NCBI RefSeq assembly: GCF_006345805.1 | Contig: NC_043003.1 | Location: forward strand, 57,164,001 to 57,228,000 | DNA from: Octopus sinensis | Taxonomy: Eukaryota | Direction: 5' to 3' | DNA length: 64,000 nt | Shown here: piece after piece, positions 25,461 to 38,574 of the stretch | Layout of the letters: every line of letters starts with the position of its first letter | How positions within the stretch are numbered: the first letter of the stretch is position 1 | Made by a program: the position numbers and the translations under genes | Notes under the pieces: generated by a model | The model's database searches: none | The model's input: only the letters and a program-made list of their open reading frames with translations | What the model was told of the DNA's origin: nothing

Positions 25461-25551
25461 CCTACGCTGAAGAGAAAAATAGTTGGGTAAGACATATTTA
25501 TTTAATTTTTATGCTTTCCAATGACTTAATTTCGAAACGTACGTCCGTAGG
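25461..25551 (+). ncRNA. Type I hammerhead ribozyme (right arm)
   Basis: cctacg-CTGAAGA-gaaa[long loop]tttc-GAAA-c-GTAC-g-TC-cgtagg: 6-bp helix I, intact core, minimal helix III with palindromic loop, GUC cleavage after 25545. Confidence 0.82.
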
Positions 25552-25856
25552 TGACTTAATATAGAATGATTGTCGTCATTTCCTTCTCTTTTGCCTGCGT
25601 TGTTTGCCTTTTAAGTGCTGTGGTTTTACTGGGATCTCCCTTTTAAGTAGAAAGAATAGCCATAACTCTTTGACTGCTATTTCTAAATTCGGTGAGTGGT
25701 GAGGCAAATCGTTGCTAAACCCTTAATTACTTAGTATTACTTAAACCTTCCTTGAATGGGGCTTTACATGCCGAAATCTACTTGGTGAAATTAATGATTA
25801 TTCCAAATTAATTAATTTCACCCTATATTATTATTGATAATTATATATATATATAT

Positions 25857-26084
25857 ATTTCTTTACTACCCACAGGGGGCTAAACACAGAGAGGACAAAC
25901 AAAGACAGACAAACGGATTAAGTCGATTACATCGACCCCAGTGCGTAACTGGTACTTACTTTATCGACCCCGAAAGGATGAAAGGCAAAGCCGACCTCGG
26001 CGGAATTTGAACCTAGAACGTAACGGCAGACGAAATACGGCTACGCATTTCGCCCGCGTGCTAACGTTTCTGCCAGCTCGCCGC

Positions 26085-26087
<3 letters not shown>
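25857..26087 (-). mobile_element. SINE B (B1), full length
   Basis: Near-identical layout to 10245-10476. Confidence 0.92.
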
Positions 26088-26173
<86 letters not shown>

Positions 26174-26175
26174 TA

Positions 26176-26211
<36 letters not shown>

Positions 26212-27220
26212 TAGATAGATAGATAGATAGATAGATAGATCGAGAGAGCCAGAAGGGTAAGTATAAATAAATACAGATATCTAAATATATGGACATGTAT
26301 GTAAAGGGATTCTACATGTGTCTATATGTATTAACATCACTCACAAAGTGTTGGTTACGTGATGTGTGTGTGCGTGCGTTTGTCTGTGTATGTCTGTGTT
26401 TTCTGCGTTAAATGGCGAAGCGGTGACGAGTTAAAATTCTGTAAATAATAGCAATACTTATAGGCTTTAAGCCTATAAGCGATCACCGTGTACTAGCTAA
26501 AGAAAATAGTTTTATATTGAGGTATATAAGCCCTCGATGGAAATAAAAGTGTTTATTCCGTCTAGGGATTATGTTCCCCAACGTTAGACAATTTTCTTTA
26601 GCTATTACTCGATGATGGCGTATAGGTTTTATGTTTAGAATTATTGTTAATAAATATATGTATATGTATCTTTTCAATTTGTTTACAGGAAACGTTTTGA
26701 CTATACAAATAAAGTTCCTTTTCTATTATGCCGGCTACAGTTTAATGATGCTGACTAGTGAACAGGTTTAGGGTGTTGCATCAAATTGTACCGATATAAT
26801 GTAGGATAAATATAGTAATAATAACAATTTGTAAATATTTTATGCATTGCTACGCGCGTTTCTACAAATAAGATGTATCTTAGGATCACATTCCGTATTC
26901 CTTGGATGATTACAGTGTAGTCCATAATATCCGAGGCCATCGGATTGATCATTTTCATGAATTCATTTCTTCAAGCGACGATGGACTAATGGATAATGGA
27001 TTAATGGATGTGTAAGAGAGGGATGTTTATCTCTTTTCACTAGTGCGAAGGTTGATTGAGTTACATCCATTTATGATATATCGACCTGAAGAAAAGAATA
27101 CATAAGAGGCATGTCACTTGTGGAAACGCGCGAAGTGATGCATTAAAAGTTTATCAATTCCATCCAAGGATCATCGTTATTATGTATGCATGTATGTATG
27201 TATGCATGTATGTATATATA

Positions 27221-27397
27221 GGGGGAGAATTCACACAAAAAAAACAAAAGACGAAGACAGATGGTGTAGACAACAAACAGATGTATTAGTATAACGCTTG
27301 GGAAGTGAAAAAGCCTTTAACGTTTCGAGCTTACGCTCTTCCACAGAAAGGAAATAGAAAGAAACGAGGAGAGAAAATAAAGAATGTATAGTGGCTA
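27221..27397 (-). mobile_element. Short PLE-terminus-like element, copy 2
   Basis: Homologous to 23535-23693; hammerhead-like motif at 27314-27351. Confidence 0.65.
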
Positions 27398-27399
27398 TG

Positions 27400-27456
<57 letters not shown>

Positions 27457-27546
27457 GATAGATAGATAGATAGATAGATAGAAGATAGATAGATAGATAG
27501 AATATGTATATGTAGTGTGCATTATGAATATATGTATTTATATACG

Positions 27547-27618
<72 letters not shown>

Positions 27619-27699
27619 GTGTGAATATACGAATGGACGTATGCATATTTATTATGGGGAATGAAAAATAGAGAAGTGATGGAGCGTTAGCTGGAGTTA

Positions 27700-28188
27700 A
27701 GGTAAAATGAATGAATGTCAATGAGTGTTAGTAGGAGGAGGTAATATATTGTTGGAGAAAAATGATAAATTGGTAAGAGAGTTGTCGTTTGAGTAAAATA
27801 TGTAGAATTATTGCATAAGAAATGTGGAGTCGTTGTAGAAAGATAAATAAGGAAAAAAAAGAGTGAAAGAAATTTGAAGATTAGATAGAGAAATGACAAG
27901 ACGTTGAGAGATGAAGATCATAGCAGAGAAGATGTGGATTAAGTGAGAGTGTAGAGGGATGTGAGGGGAGAATGAAAGGGTAAAAGTAGTATTGTTTAGG
28001 TGAAAGGGAGTTGATTAAAGAAAAATACAGTGTGGGACCGTGGGGATAAAAGATTATCGAAAGAACCTCGCACTTCCTCAATAGGAAATGCGTAGGAAAT
28101 ACAAGGATCATGAGAATAGAAAGTGAGAATAAAGCAAGAGAGTAATTTGAAAGAAGAAGAGGATGAGTGAGAGAGAGAGAGGCGGAAG

Positions 28189-28245
<57 letters not shown>

Positions 28246-28246
28246 G

Positions 28247-28322
<76 letters not shown>

Positions 28323-28325
28323 GAG

Positions 28326-28395
<70 letters not shown>

Positions 28396-28728
28396 AGTGC
28401 GTGTGTGTGTGTGAATGTGTGTAAGATTAAGAAAGCCAGAAAAATATAGAAGGAAAGAAAAATAATGATATGTGAGAAGAGAGAGTAAAACAACGCAGTA
28501 GATTTAATAACAGAGAGAGAGAGAGTGGGTGTGAGAGAGACGTGTTCACTCAAACAGGGAGAATGAGGGAGACAAAGATAGATAAAGGAAGACAGAAAGA
28601 GAGACGGTGGGATAAAGAGAAAATGCGAGCGCGAAAGTGCGATGAGGGGAAAGAAACTGTCATTTAAAAAGTGTAATGCTTCGAGTGGACGAGATATATA
28701 CTGAATGAGAGAGTATGAAAAGGAAGGA

Positions 28729-28784
<56 letters not shown>

Positions 28785-28788
28785 GCGA

Positions 28789-28820
<32 letters not shown>

Positions 28821-28836
28821 GCGAAAGAAAGAGCGA

Positions 28837-28880
<44 letters not shown>

Positions 28881-28970
28881 AGAAAGAAAAAAAAAGTGAG
28901 AGATAGGGAGAAAGGTTTGTGTAAAGGAGAGGCAGCTGGAGTGCAATGGGGAGCAGGAAGAGATGTGCAA
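27700..28970. repeat. Purine-rich tract containing (AGAT)n and (AAAG)n arrays
   Basis: (AGAT)n at about 28185-28395, (AAAG)n at about 28725-28885, GA-rich flanks. Confidence 0.9.
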
Positions 28971-29800
28971 TAAGATTCAAAGTTATAGCAGGTCAAGCCA
29001 TCATTCATCTATCGGTGTCAGGGTTATAAAGATAAGAAAACAAGATGGCGATAAAAACAGCCCCAGTTGTCATGTAAGGTCCCTATCTACTGTACCAACA
29101 CACTGCACATCAAGGCTTCACGTTGCTGCTTTCTATCCATTGAGTTAATGATGTTGAAATCACTTCCGCCGTAATGGCGTGCGCTTGCAGTTTTTCCTCT
29201 GCAGTTATCCTATCGTGTGTGCATCATATATGAACGCATGATCGTACTAACAGTCAAAATAAATACGCCTTTATATGTGTGTTTATATATACATACACAC
29301 ATATACACATGCACATATATACGAACATACATACGTACGTTCCTATGTATGTATTATCGCATGCGTTTACGTTTATGAAGGAAAGTAAAGTATTGGATTC
29401 GTGATTGATTAGGGCATGGGTTCGGTTCTTTCACTGAGTGGTGCGCTCCATTTTTAAGCCATTTCTCTTTGCACCCGTATACTCAACTGACATAAGTACA
29501 ACCCGAATGCTGGAATACCCCTCTTTTCCTCCCTCTGACTTAAGTATTGACATAGCACCCGAGTGGATTGAGTGGATAAATTGTGAAACTTGTGAATAAC
29601 TTCACATACGTATGTCTGATAACAGGCATTCTGCCTTCTTGTGTATACAGATTCTGCTGGTAAGTACCTATACTGCTATCTGCAAGAAGCGGGGAACAAT
29701 TCAAATAACTTCAAATTCTTAGTTCTGTCCTGGAGACGTCTTTTCAGATTCTCCTGCACCCAGATGTTGTTCACTACAAATACCATTTGTAATAAGTATC

Positions 29801-30354
29801 TATTGGGTGCCGATTTTTAAAGGAAAGAAGAAGGTCAATAAATACTTGTCATGGAGTTTTTAATCAACCAAATATGAACCATTTTGTGACACAATGCGTC
29901 TCCATCTTTCCTTTAACTTAAAAATACCCTCTTCCAAGAATTGAGATGATTTCATGGCAAAGAATTCATCATGGTATCTTTTTACATCATCCAAAGAATT
30001 GAAATTTTTACCATTAAGACTATTCTGCAGTGACCTGAATAAGTGGAAATCCCAAGGAGCAATATCTGGTGAATATGGAGGGTGGGGTAAGACATCCCAG
30101 CCGAGCTGCAGCAATTTTTGTTTGGTTCCCAAAACATCAAGTGCCGAAAGTGAACTTTCTTATCTTCTATTTTAAAGGGTTACAAAATTAATACAGATGA
30201 TAGGAACATAAACCTTCTTCCACGAAAAGATAGCTTAAATTGTGCTCTAAATGGAGGTGTAGTTAAATCCTATTTTCTGGACTCAAACATGTTCTAAAAT
30301 AAGTCTAAATGTAAGCTACTATAAATCGGCACCAACTTTCCGGACAACCTAATA
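29801..30354 (-). mobile_element. Internally deleted mariner
   Basis: TIR tattaggttgtccggaaagttggtgccgattt at the right end and a deleted version tattgggtgccgattt at the left; N-terminus EDKKVHFRHLM fused to C-terminus LGWDVLPHPPYSPDIAP.DFHLF. Confidence 0.9.
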
Positions 30355-31364
30355 TTTTACTCAGTTGAAGTTTAACGCATACTTATAAAATAGGACAACT
30401 AATTTTTGTTTTTGTTTTTTTTCTTTTGTAAGAACACTATTATGGACATTTGATAAGACATAAACAACTAACCTAAACTTCCATATAGACAGCTATGAAA
30501 TATTTTGTTACCACCATCTTGGAGCCGCTGATAAGCGCCGCTTATTTGGCGCTGAATTATGTCACATCAGACGTTTTAATGTTTATCTCATTCACCCTTT
30601 CTTAATCTTTCTCTTACTTTCTCTTTCACACTATCTTTCACACTTTCTGTTTTTATGCCCTCTCTCCCCCTGTTTATGACTGTGACCATACCTCTCTCAA
30701 TGTGTATGAAGAATCGGTGTTTATATCAACTGTGTTCAATAAATGAATTATATTATTCCTCTCTTTTCCCCCACTTTCTCACTTCATCTGCTAATGCGTA
30801 TCTCTAAGCGCGCAGCGTGTTCCAATTTAGTTGGTACATAATATTCATTTCAGAATTTCGTTTCTATATTATGCAGGTTAAGTCCGATCCTGTTACTCAG
30901 TACCTTCAAAGACTTCTCATGCTGGTACAAGTCTACATAAACTTAGGGAAGGAGAATAAATTAACTAGAGCTCTGATGAAGTCCATGTTATAATCTGCTC
31001 CTGCGTTTGTCTAGCGGATTTAATTTGTTACTCTGGCTTAATACTTAAAGACCATCTAGCGTACAGTTTGTTGCAAGCATTTGGACAATATGCCTGGTTT
31101 GAGGATAACTTTCCCGTCACCGCTGGATGTTCTGCAAAATAAAAGACTTGGGGACCGAAAGGATATAAAATTTGAGTGAAAGGGCTGGTTGATGTCATCG
31201 ACTTCAGTATTAGACTGGAACTTATTTTATCGACGCCGAAAGACTGAAAGACAAAATTAATTTCCATAAGCACTTGAACTAAGAAAGTAAAGAGATTAGA
31301 CATTCAGCTAAACTTTCTGCCCTGCGTTCTAACGATCCTACTTCCCCACTGCCTTAAAAATGAT

Positions 31365-31586
31365 AACAATCCTCCCGAGTAAGGGCACAAGGCCTGAAAT
31401 TTGGGAGAGGGGAATAGTCGATTAGTCGGCCCCACTGTTTCACCAGTACTTAGTTTATCGAATCGACCCCGAAAGGATGTTAGGCAAAGTCGACCTCGGT
31501 GGAGTTTGAACTCAGAATGTGAAAAAAAACGAAATATCGCTAAGCATTTCGCCCGGCGTCCTAACGATTCTGCCAGCTGCCGCCAT
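31365..31586 (-). mobile_element. SINE B (B2-type tail)
   Basis: ggcacaaggcctgaaatttggg tail, core and head all present. Confidence 0.88.
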
Positions 31587-31589
31587 CTA

Positions 31590-31638
31590 AATAGTAATGA
31601 TAATGATGAGGATGAGGATGATGATGATGATGATGATG

Positions 31639-31710
<72 letters not shown>

Positions 31711-31804
31711 GTAATAATAATAATAATAATGACAATAATAATAATGGTGATGATGATGATGAAGACAATAATAATAATAATAATAATAATAATAATTATT
31801 ATTA

Positions 31805-31854
<50 letters not shown>

Positions 31855-31930
31855 TAATATAATAATGATGATGATGATGATGATGATGAAAATTACAATG
31901 ATAATGATAATGACTATGATAATGATAATA
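31590..31930. repeat. (TGA)/(TAA)/(TTA) tract
   Basis: Directly visible. Confidence 0.95.
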
Positions 31931-32814
31931 ATCCTTGATGTATTCACTGCGGATCCAACTGGGAGAAATAATACATTCTACGATCAATAGAAGCCTCGAC
32001 AGGAATCATATCGTGAGAGTTTCGAGAATGTAGCTCAACAAGACGTTCAACGAAATACATGTGTTTCGCCGCTTTATCTGTTATCGTATCGTTAACAACA
32101 TCAATCAACTGTAACTCGAGCAAGTACATTTACCGATAGTCTGATAAATAGCCCGTGAGTTTGTGTGTACGCATCTTAATTGAAAAATTTTTCTATTTTA
32201 TCATCAACGAGGCTGACTTTATCTCGGCAGATCTCTGTTGGTTTCGGCACTAACAACGCTGATGAAGACGTTCCCCTCGTTCTCATCAGCATCATTTTCT
32301 TAGAGCCACCACCAACATCGCCATTACCATAATCATCATCTTCGTCGTCGTCGTCGTCGTCGTCACCACGATCATCATCATTATCATCATTTTCGTCGTT
32401 GTCATCATCATCATCATACAAAACCAGTTTGAAAATCCCCCGCCATTGTAATGAGATTATGAAACGCTTAATGAAATAGGGAAATGTTCATTCTCCAACA
32501 TCAAGATAGAAGACAACAGCGATTGAATCACTCCTCATACAATAAATCAAAACACTTTATGTTTCAGAGGAGCGGGTTTAGTAATAACGTTTGTGGTCGA
32601 TACGGAATGTGGCCTCCAGAACGAAATAACACAAGGCCTCTATCATGAAGACATAAGGATGTTTCCTAGGCAAACGCACTTAACACATAATTTTTCTACG
32701 CTTTCAGCTGTAAGAAATACATCTCGGCGCAGTATTTAGATCGTAAAAAATTACAATTTAAGTCTAGTCGCCTGGAATTTTGGTGCAAGGAAAATAGGTC
32801 TCATTTTATTGTTT

Positions 32815-33025
32815 TATTCTTTTACGCTTTTACTTGTTTCAATCATTTAACTGCGGCCATGCTGAAGCATCGCATTTAGTCGAACAAATTGACTCCAAGA
32901 CTAGTATTTATTCTATCCGTCGCTTTTACCGAACCGCCAGGTTACGAGGACGTAAGCATGCCAGCATTGGTTTTCAAATGACGTTGACGATAGAAATACA
33001 GATAGACACATCCATCCATACATAC

Positions 33026-33074
<49 letters not shown>

Positions 33075-35247
33075 GTATATACGACGGGCTTCTTTCAGTT
33101 TCCGTCAACCAAATTCACCTTTGGTCGGCCCGAGGCTATAGCAGAAGACACCTGCCAAAAGTGCCACGCAGTGGGACTAAATCCAGGACCATGCGGCTGG
33201 GAAGCAAGCTTCTTTATTTCATTATATTTGACATAAAGGCATAATACAGATGGAAGCTTGCGGGCTGGACACAGACACAATGATAATGAAATGAAAAAAA
33301 AAAGAGATGGTTGGTGGGGAAAGCAAACAACGACCGCCGATTGTTACTTCCCGATAACATTGTTCTGTTTATAAAAACACAAATGAGGTATTGAACCTCT
33401 TACAAGAGTTACAAATTGAGGCACTGAGTCTCTTACCAATCAAATCTCAGAAAAGTTCAGCAAATATATTCAATCGTTCTTCCAAATTGAGGCACTAAGA
33501 CCTTTTACTCTACCTTTCTGACTACGTCTCTTGCTGTCTGCAGACAATCCTGCAGTCCCAAGTCGGGGCCCCATCAGTAAAAATTGTATTCGTCTTTGGT
33601 AAAGGAGTCTATCACCCTGCATAAATCCTTTTCCGCCATGACCTCCGCAGTGACCTGTGGAGGCCAATCCGGGCTTTCAGTGTAGGATGGGACCTCCTCT
33701 TCCTGACCTTCCAGATTCCTCACAAAGTTCTCTACGGCCCTTCCCTCAAGAAAGAAAATCACAAATTCCTCATTTATTATATTGGGAGGGGTCACAGTTT
33801 CCTCCGTCAGTGGCACAATTCCCACCGATGAGATTTCAGGACATGCCGGAAGAGTACTGCTAACCGCCGTACTGTCTCGTTCTTTTTCTTCTTTTTTCTC
33901 ATCTTTGATACGAGAGGGTGTTATTCCTCTGCTTTAACCAGAAGATCATACCGCCCTCCCGCAACTTTGGAGTCCTACGGTGGGCAACCATTGTTGCACG
34001 CCTTCTTCCTTTTACCCCCTCTTTTCGGAGAAGTTTCCACTTCCTCGACTACCTCCATCCCTCCCTCCGAAGGAGCAGGATGGAACTCTTCCTCGACTAA
34101 CTGTTCCAGGACCCTACTCTGGTCCTGGGGACAGTTCTTTTTTAATGTGGCCTGGTTCCAGGCCGAGGTGACACTTGGGGGAGGCGTCCCTCAAGTATCA
34201 CTGGGTACTTGCAACCGGCCATTTTCAAAAAATCTGGACAGACCAGATTCTTAGCTAATTGGGTCTACAGGGTCAAAACAGCTTTTGACCCAACACAATC
34301 AGCCGCCGGCAATATTCTAACATTAAGCAGCTTAGATCCGCTTGCACCCAGACCCCGGCGGATAGTGTATTCTATCCACTCGGGTTCTATCCCAGATGGC
34401 AACCAGTAGACCCAAACTCTTGTCAACTTCTTTCCACAATATGTGGGAAGAAACAAAATCTATTTGCCCTCTAAGGGATGGCTCACAAATTTGCGAGCCT
34501 CCTCGGGGGTGTCAAATAGCAACCACACCGTTGCATATTTGACTCCCTGGAGATAAATTTTACAGTTGAGCAAATACTCTGCCAACTCTTTTTCAATTTC
34601 TATCTTTTTAAAGAGGGCGATGGTGTCGAGCGACTTTGAGTAAATCTTTAGCACTACCGTCCTCTCTTCCAAGTCTTTCATCCACTGTTTGGGTGGGTCA
34701 ATCTCCCACTCCAAAGTAGTGTTGTTCATCTTTTTACCCATATTTTGGGGAAAAAAGTTCACAGAACAAAAGTTCAATGAGTTAAAAAAAAATGCAGGAA
34801 GGAAGAAAGAAGACAAGAAACAGTTCAAAAACAGAGCAAGCTATTCTTCTGGCTGTTCTGGTACTCCTGGCCAACTCGGTAATCCACTTGGTAACCCAGG
34901 GCACAAAACAATCACACAACAATTTCACTAAAAAATGGATAAAAAATTAGCATAATGTTCTCAATAATAGGAGAAGGTATACGCCCCCAAAACACACTTC
35001 TCACCGTTAAGTGAGACTTCTACGCACAACTACAAGCAGACAATCTACCCGGAACTCAGAGGAGATTTCTTGTTCGACAAAATAAATAAACACAAGCAAT
35101 GAACCCCCGCTGAATTTTTTTTTTAAATGTTCAATAATTCACGACTTTGGTGTACCCCCTAGTGACACCAAGCAGTGCAAAAAAAAAAACTGACCAACGC
35201 ATGCCGGGAGAAGCAAGTTTCTTACTACACAGCCACTCCTGCGCCTA
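32815..35247 (-). mobile_element. SINE A interrupted in its tRNA-like head
   Basis: Body at 32815-33214; the head resumes at 35210 (gaagcaagtttcttactacacagccactcctgcgcc). Confidence 0.85.
33215..35209 (-). mobile_element. L1/Tx1-like element retaining only a decayed ORF1 and an A-rich 3' end
   Basis: Frameshifted ORF1 (..YATVWLLFDTPEEA..TRVWVYWLP..YPVILEGRLP) with a CCHC-like knuckle C-H-L-G-L-E-P-G-H-I-K-K-N-C at about 34127-34173; ends aatgaaataa; 14-bp TSD with 1 mismatch. Confidence 0.65.
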
Positions 35248-35770
35248 ATAAAAGTTTCGAATATTTCTCGCAAACTGAAATGAAGTTCAATGATGCCGAA
35301 ATCGTTTAGATTTTTATATTGTGGACTATGGTGAAGCTATGAAGCAGTCTCCTGAGTAAATTCACTTATAATAAACATTTTCTATATTTCTACCTGCTAT
35401 AAATAGGTACCAAAGTTTTAGGAGCATAGCATAGATTATAACACGGCAAAACTAGGCAGAGTGAAATAAACTATGTTCCTATTTATGAGCTTCGATGATG
35501 TGATGCAAGCCTTTAACAGATGGAGGAATCTAGTTTTAAAATTTCTCAGCTTTCATAAGTGTAAATAGGTATCATACGTTGAGAAGTAGAACTTAGCACT
35601 ATAAATTAAACAAAATTACTTCGGTAAAATGACGAATATATATTCCCCAACCTCACAATGCAACAACGGAAATTTGCCAACTAGTAAGGCTATATCCGGA
35701 AGATTTGGTTCAATATATTAGAAATATATAAAGCAGAGGCTGCAATAGGTGACATTAAAAAAACAAAAAT

Positions 35771-35990
35771 ACGTATTTCTTTATTACCCACAAGGGGCTA
35801 AATACAGAGGGGACAGACATAGGTATTAAGTCGATTACATCGACCCCAGTGCGTAACTGGTACTTAATTTATCGACCCCGAAAGGATGAAAGGCAAAGTC
35901 GATCTCGGCGGAATTTGAACTCACAACGTAACGCAGACGAAATACCGCTAAGCATTTCGCACGGCGTGCTAACGTTTCTGCCGGCTCGGT
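35771..35990 (-). mobile_element. SINE B (B1)
   Basis: Tail, core and most of the head present. Confidence 0.9.
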
Positions 35991-36299
35991 TTTGTTATAT
36001 TTCGGAAGAAGGTGAAACAAAAACTTCATAAATAAGATAAATCAAACCAAATGAGAACAAAGTTAAAATATAGAAATGATAAGCATTATTATAGGGGACG
36101 AATCAACCAAGCAACAAACGTTTTCTAGATGAGAGGAAGTTCAACAAGTACAGGAGCCTCACCGGTCACTGTTTGTAGCGGTTGCTATCAAGACGTCAGG
36201 TATTCTCGGACCCCGCACAGCTGATTTCGCCTGCAAGATATGGATAACAGCGGCCCGTCTGAGAAATGAACGCCTCGGGGGGAATTTCTAGATATTCTT

Positions 36300-37450
36300 C
36301 GTGGCAGACACGGTTGAACATGACATTTGGTCTGAGGTGTACAACCTCTTACGCCACCCCAATTCATCTTTTGCTGCTTAATTTCCCCTCTTTTCTTTTT
36401 CTTTTTTTTTGTGAGGTAGTTCTGGTTTTTTATTTGTTTGTTTTTTTATCGATAATTTGGACTTTTCTACTTTTAATGTGTTCGTTTTTTCCTTCTTCCT
36501 GTAAAAATATTTGGCTATATAAAACTTTTGATTCTCGATAATTGAAAGCTGTTGAAGTATTTGAGGAATATGTGGTAAGAAATTCCAACTTGTTCTTGAC
36601 TGCCTAAAACATATAACATGAATTGAACGACATCATGACAAAAATACTAGAATCTTCCGAAAAATGGTTGCTACCACTTTAAACTTGTATGGCACAAATC
36701 AGTTAATCTATTTAGTGATCTGATTATTTTTATTAAAAAGGAATCAGAAGTGGAGACAATCAAAAATCTACACCCAGAGGAATTTATACTCGAGTGAATT
36801 TTCCCGAAATTTTTGATAAATATCCTATGAATATGTACCACCAAATCGACGAGTTTATTAACAAGAAAGTCAATAAACAATAAATCATCAGTAAGTATCT
36901 TTGATGAAAATGCTTATTGAGAAGAACAACATTGTTTTAAGTATTTATATGACAAACCAAATACTGAAATGTTGCTAATTTTGTTCATAACGCCAATAAT
37001 GGCGAATACTGAGGCTTCGATGAAAGGTAATATATTTGTAAATGGTACTTTACTTTACGCTCATGTAAACAGCAACAAGGTTTCACTGTTGGTAGATTTA
37101 TACGGAGAAGGCTTGCATTTTTAGGATTTGGCTACTTTAAAATATTTCTACAATTTTCATATGGAAACAGGCAAAACAGCATCAGGTGAAACTCGAACAT
37201 AACCTATAGCCAAAAACTCATCAAATCAGACGGTGTTCTCTATCCATTATGATTCCACTATGAAAGCTCTAGTCCACAGTACATTCATGTATTATCTGAA
37301 ACAATATACCAAGGTTCACCAGCTGTATGCTGTGTAGCTATAAAACGTTGTCGCTGTTGCAGCTAATAAACTTATTAGATTTTCCTTTCTAGATATTTCG
37401 TCCGTGAAATGCATGTATTAATTTATCTATTGCATTCATATCTCATACGT
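36300..37450 (-). pseudogene. Possible decayed PLE reverse transcriptase
   Basis: Weak motif remnants LTDDLLFI (YxDD-like) and GCRFL (resembling CxFLD). Confidence 0.3.
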
Positions 37451-38574
37451 GTTCTTCACATAATTTTAAATGGTATTCATTGAAATATGTTTATATAGGA
37501 ATAAAATGGCTAAGTATAACAATTTATCTTTGAACGCAGATAGATGTTCCTTCTGCTTTATATATTTATTTTAAACTCTTTTCTGGAAAGTCTCATTACG
37601 ATGTTTTAAAATAGACAAAGAAATGTGTAGTACAATTAAAACACTCAATCCATTAGAACAGAGAAAAGCATCAAACGATAGCAATACCAATTATAAAAGC
37701 AATATAACTCAAGGTAATGAAACTGGTCAAGAATAACCAAAGTATGGTAAAACGACATGGGTCTACAATGGAATATCACTAATCATGTATAATCCTTAAG
37801 TATAAATACATTATAATATAATACAACATACGATAAATATGGTCCTCAATGGTAAATACATTATATAACAGGAATAATTGAACAACAACGACATGAATTT
37901 TACCAGGTTGTAAAGGTCTGCAAATATCGCTAAGAGTTCAGTTGTTTTGTATATGCTTTGTGCTATTCCTCTTATATTTGCTATAAAACGGTAGCGTGTA
38001 TAAAATGGAAGTGCTTGGTAGGAAATATTACATACATATTTTATATACTATGCATTGTAGCTATAACACACATATGTTATATACTACGCATAGTATAGTA
38101 GTTAATGCGCTGGTCTCTGTTATGCTCATAAAGTTGTGGGTTCAGTTGCTTCACTGGTGGATGCGTTTTGTTCTTAGGCAAGGCAGTTTATTTCCTGTTG
38201 ATACAGTCTGTTAGGCTGAAATTGGGTAGCAGCTCAGTACTGATGCATCCTTTCCTCCCTATTGCTGTCACATCCCAAATGTGCCATCGGATCATACGAA
38301 GGAAGGCCGAAGGACCGAGGTGTCTACATTAGACCACATAGGTATTTAAAACATTCGGCGAAAGCATATCATATCGATTGCAACCAAGTCAAACTCGCTT
38401 GCAAGTATGGCTATACTTTATTATATAATATAACTGAACCCGATGGTCAGGTGATCAGTATTACTTAACATGCACATCTAATCGTTGCAGAAATTAATTT
38501 TTATTCACTTGTATAGGGCTCCTTGTATTAAAGAAACCTATTTGACTCCATCTTTACTTGCATATTTTATTTTA

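Larger units (their letters stand above)
24962..25733. repeat. Foldback: 363-bp inverted arms with a 46-bp spacer
   Basis: 24962-25324 is the reverse complement of 25371-25733 with 6 substitutions and no indels by manual alignment. Confidence 0.97.

Noticed and set aside
26457-26479. 10-bp stem hairpin cttataggct-tta-agcctataag
   Set aside because: Isolated, with no associated element ends or poly-T; may be chance in AT-rich DNA.
32258-32290. Hairpin gctgatga..tcatcagc containing CUGAUGA
   Set aside because: No GAAA and no C/D partner box; single occurrence.
38201-38330. Exon-like segment open on both strands
   Set aside because: Weak donors and ambiguous strand; no recognisable family.
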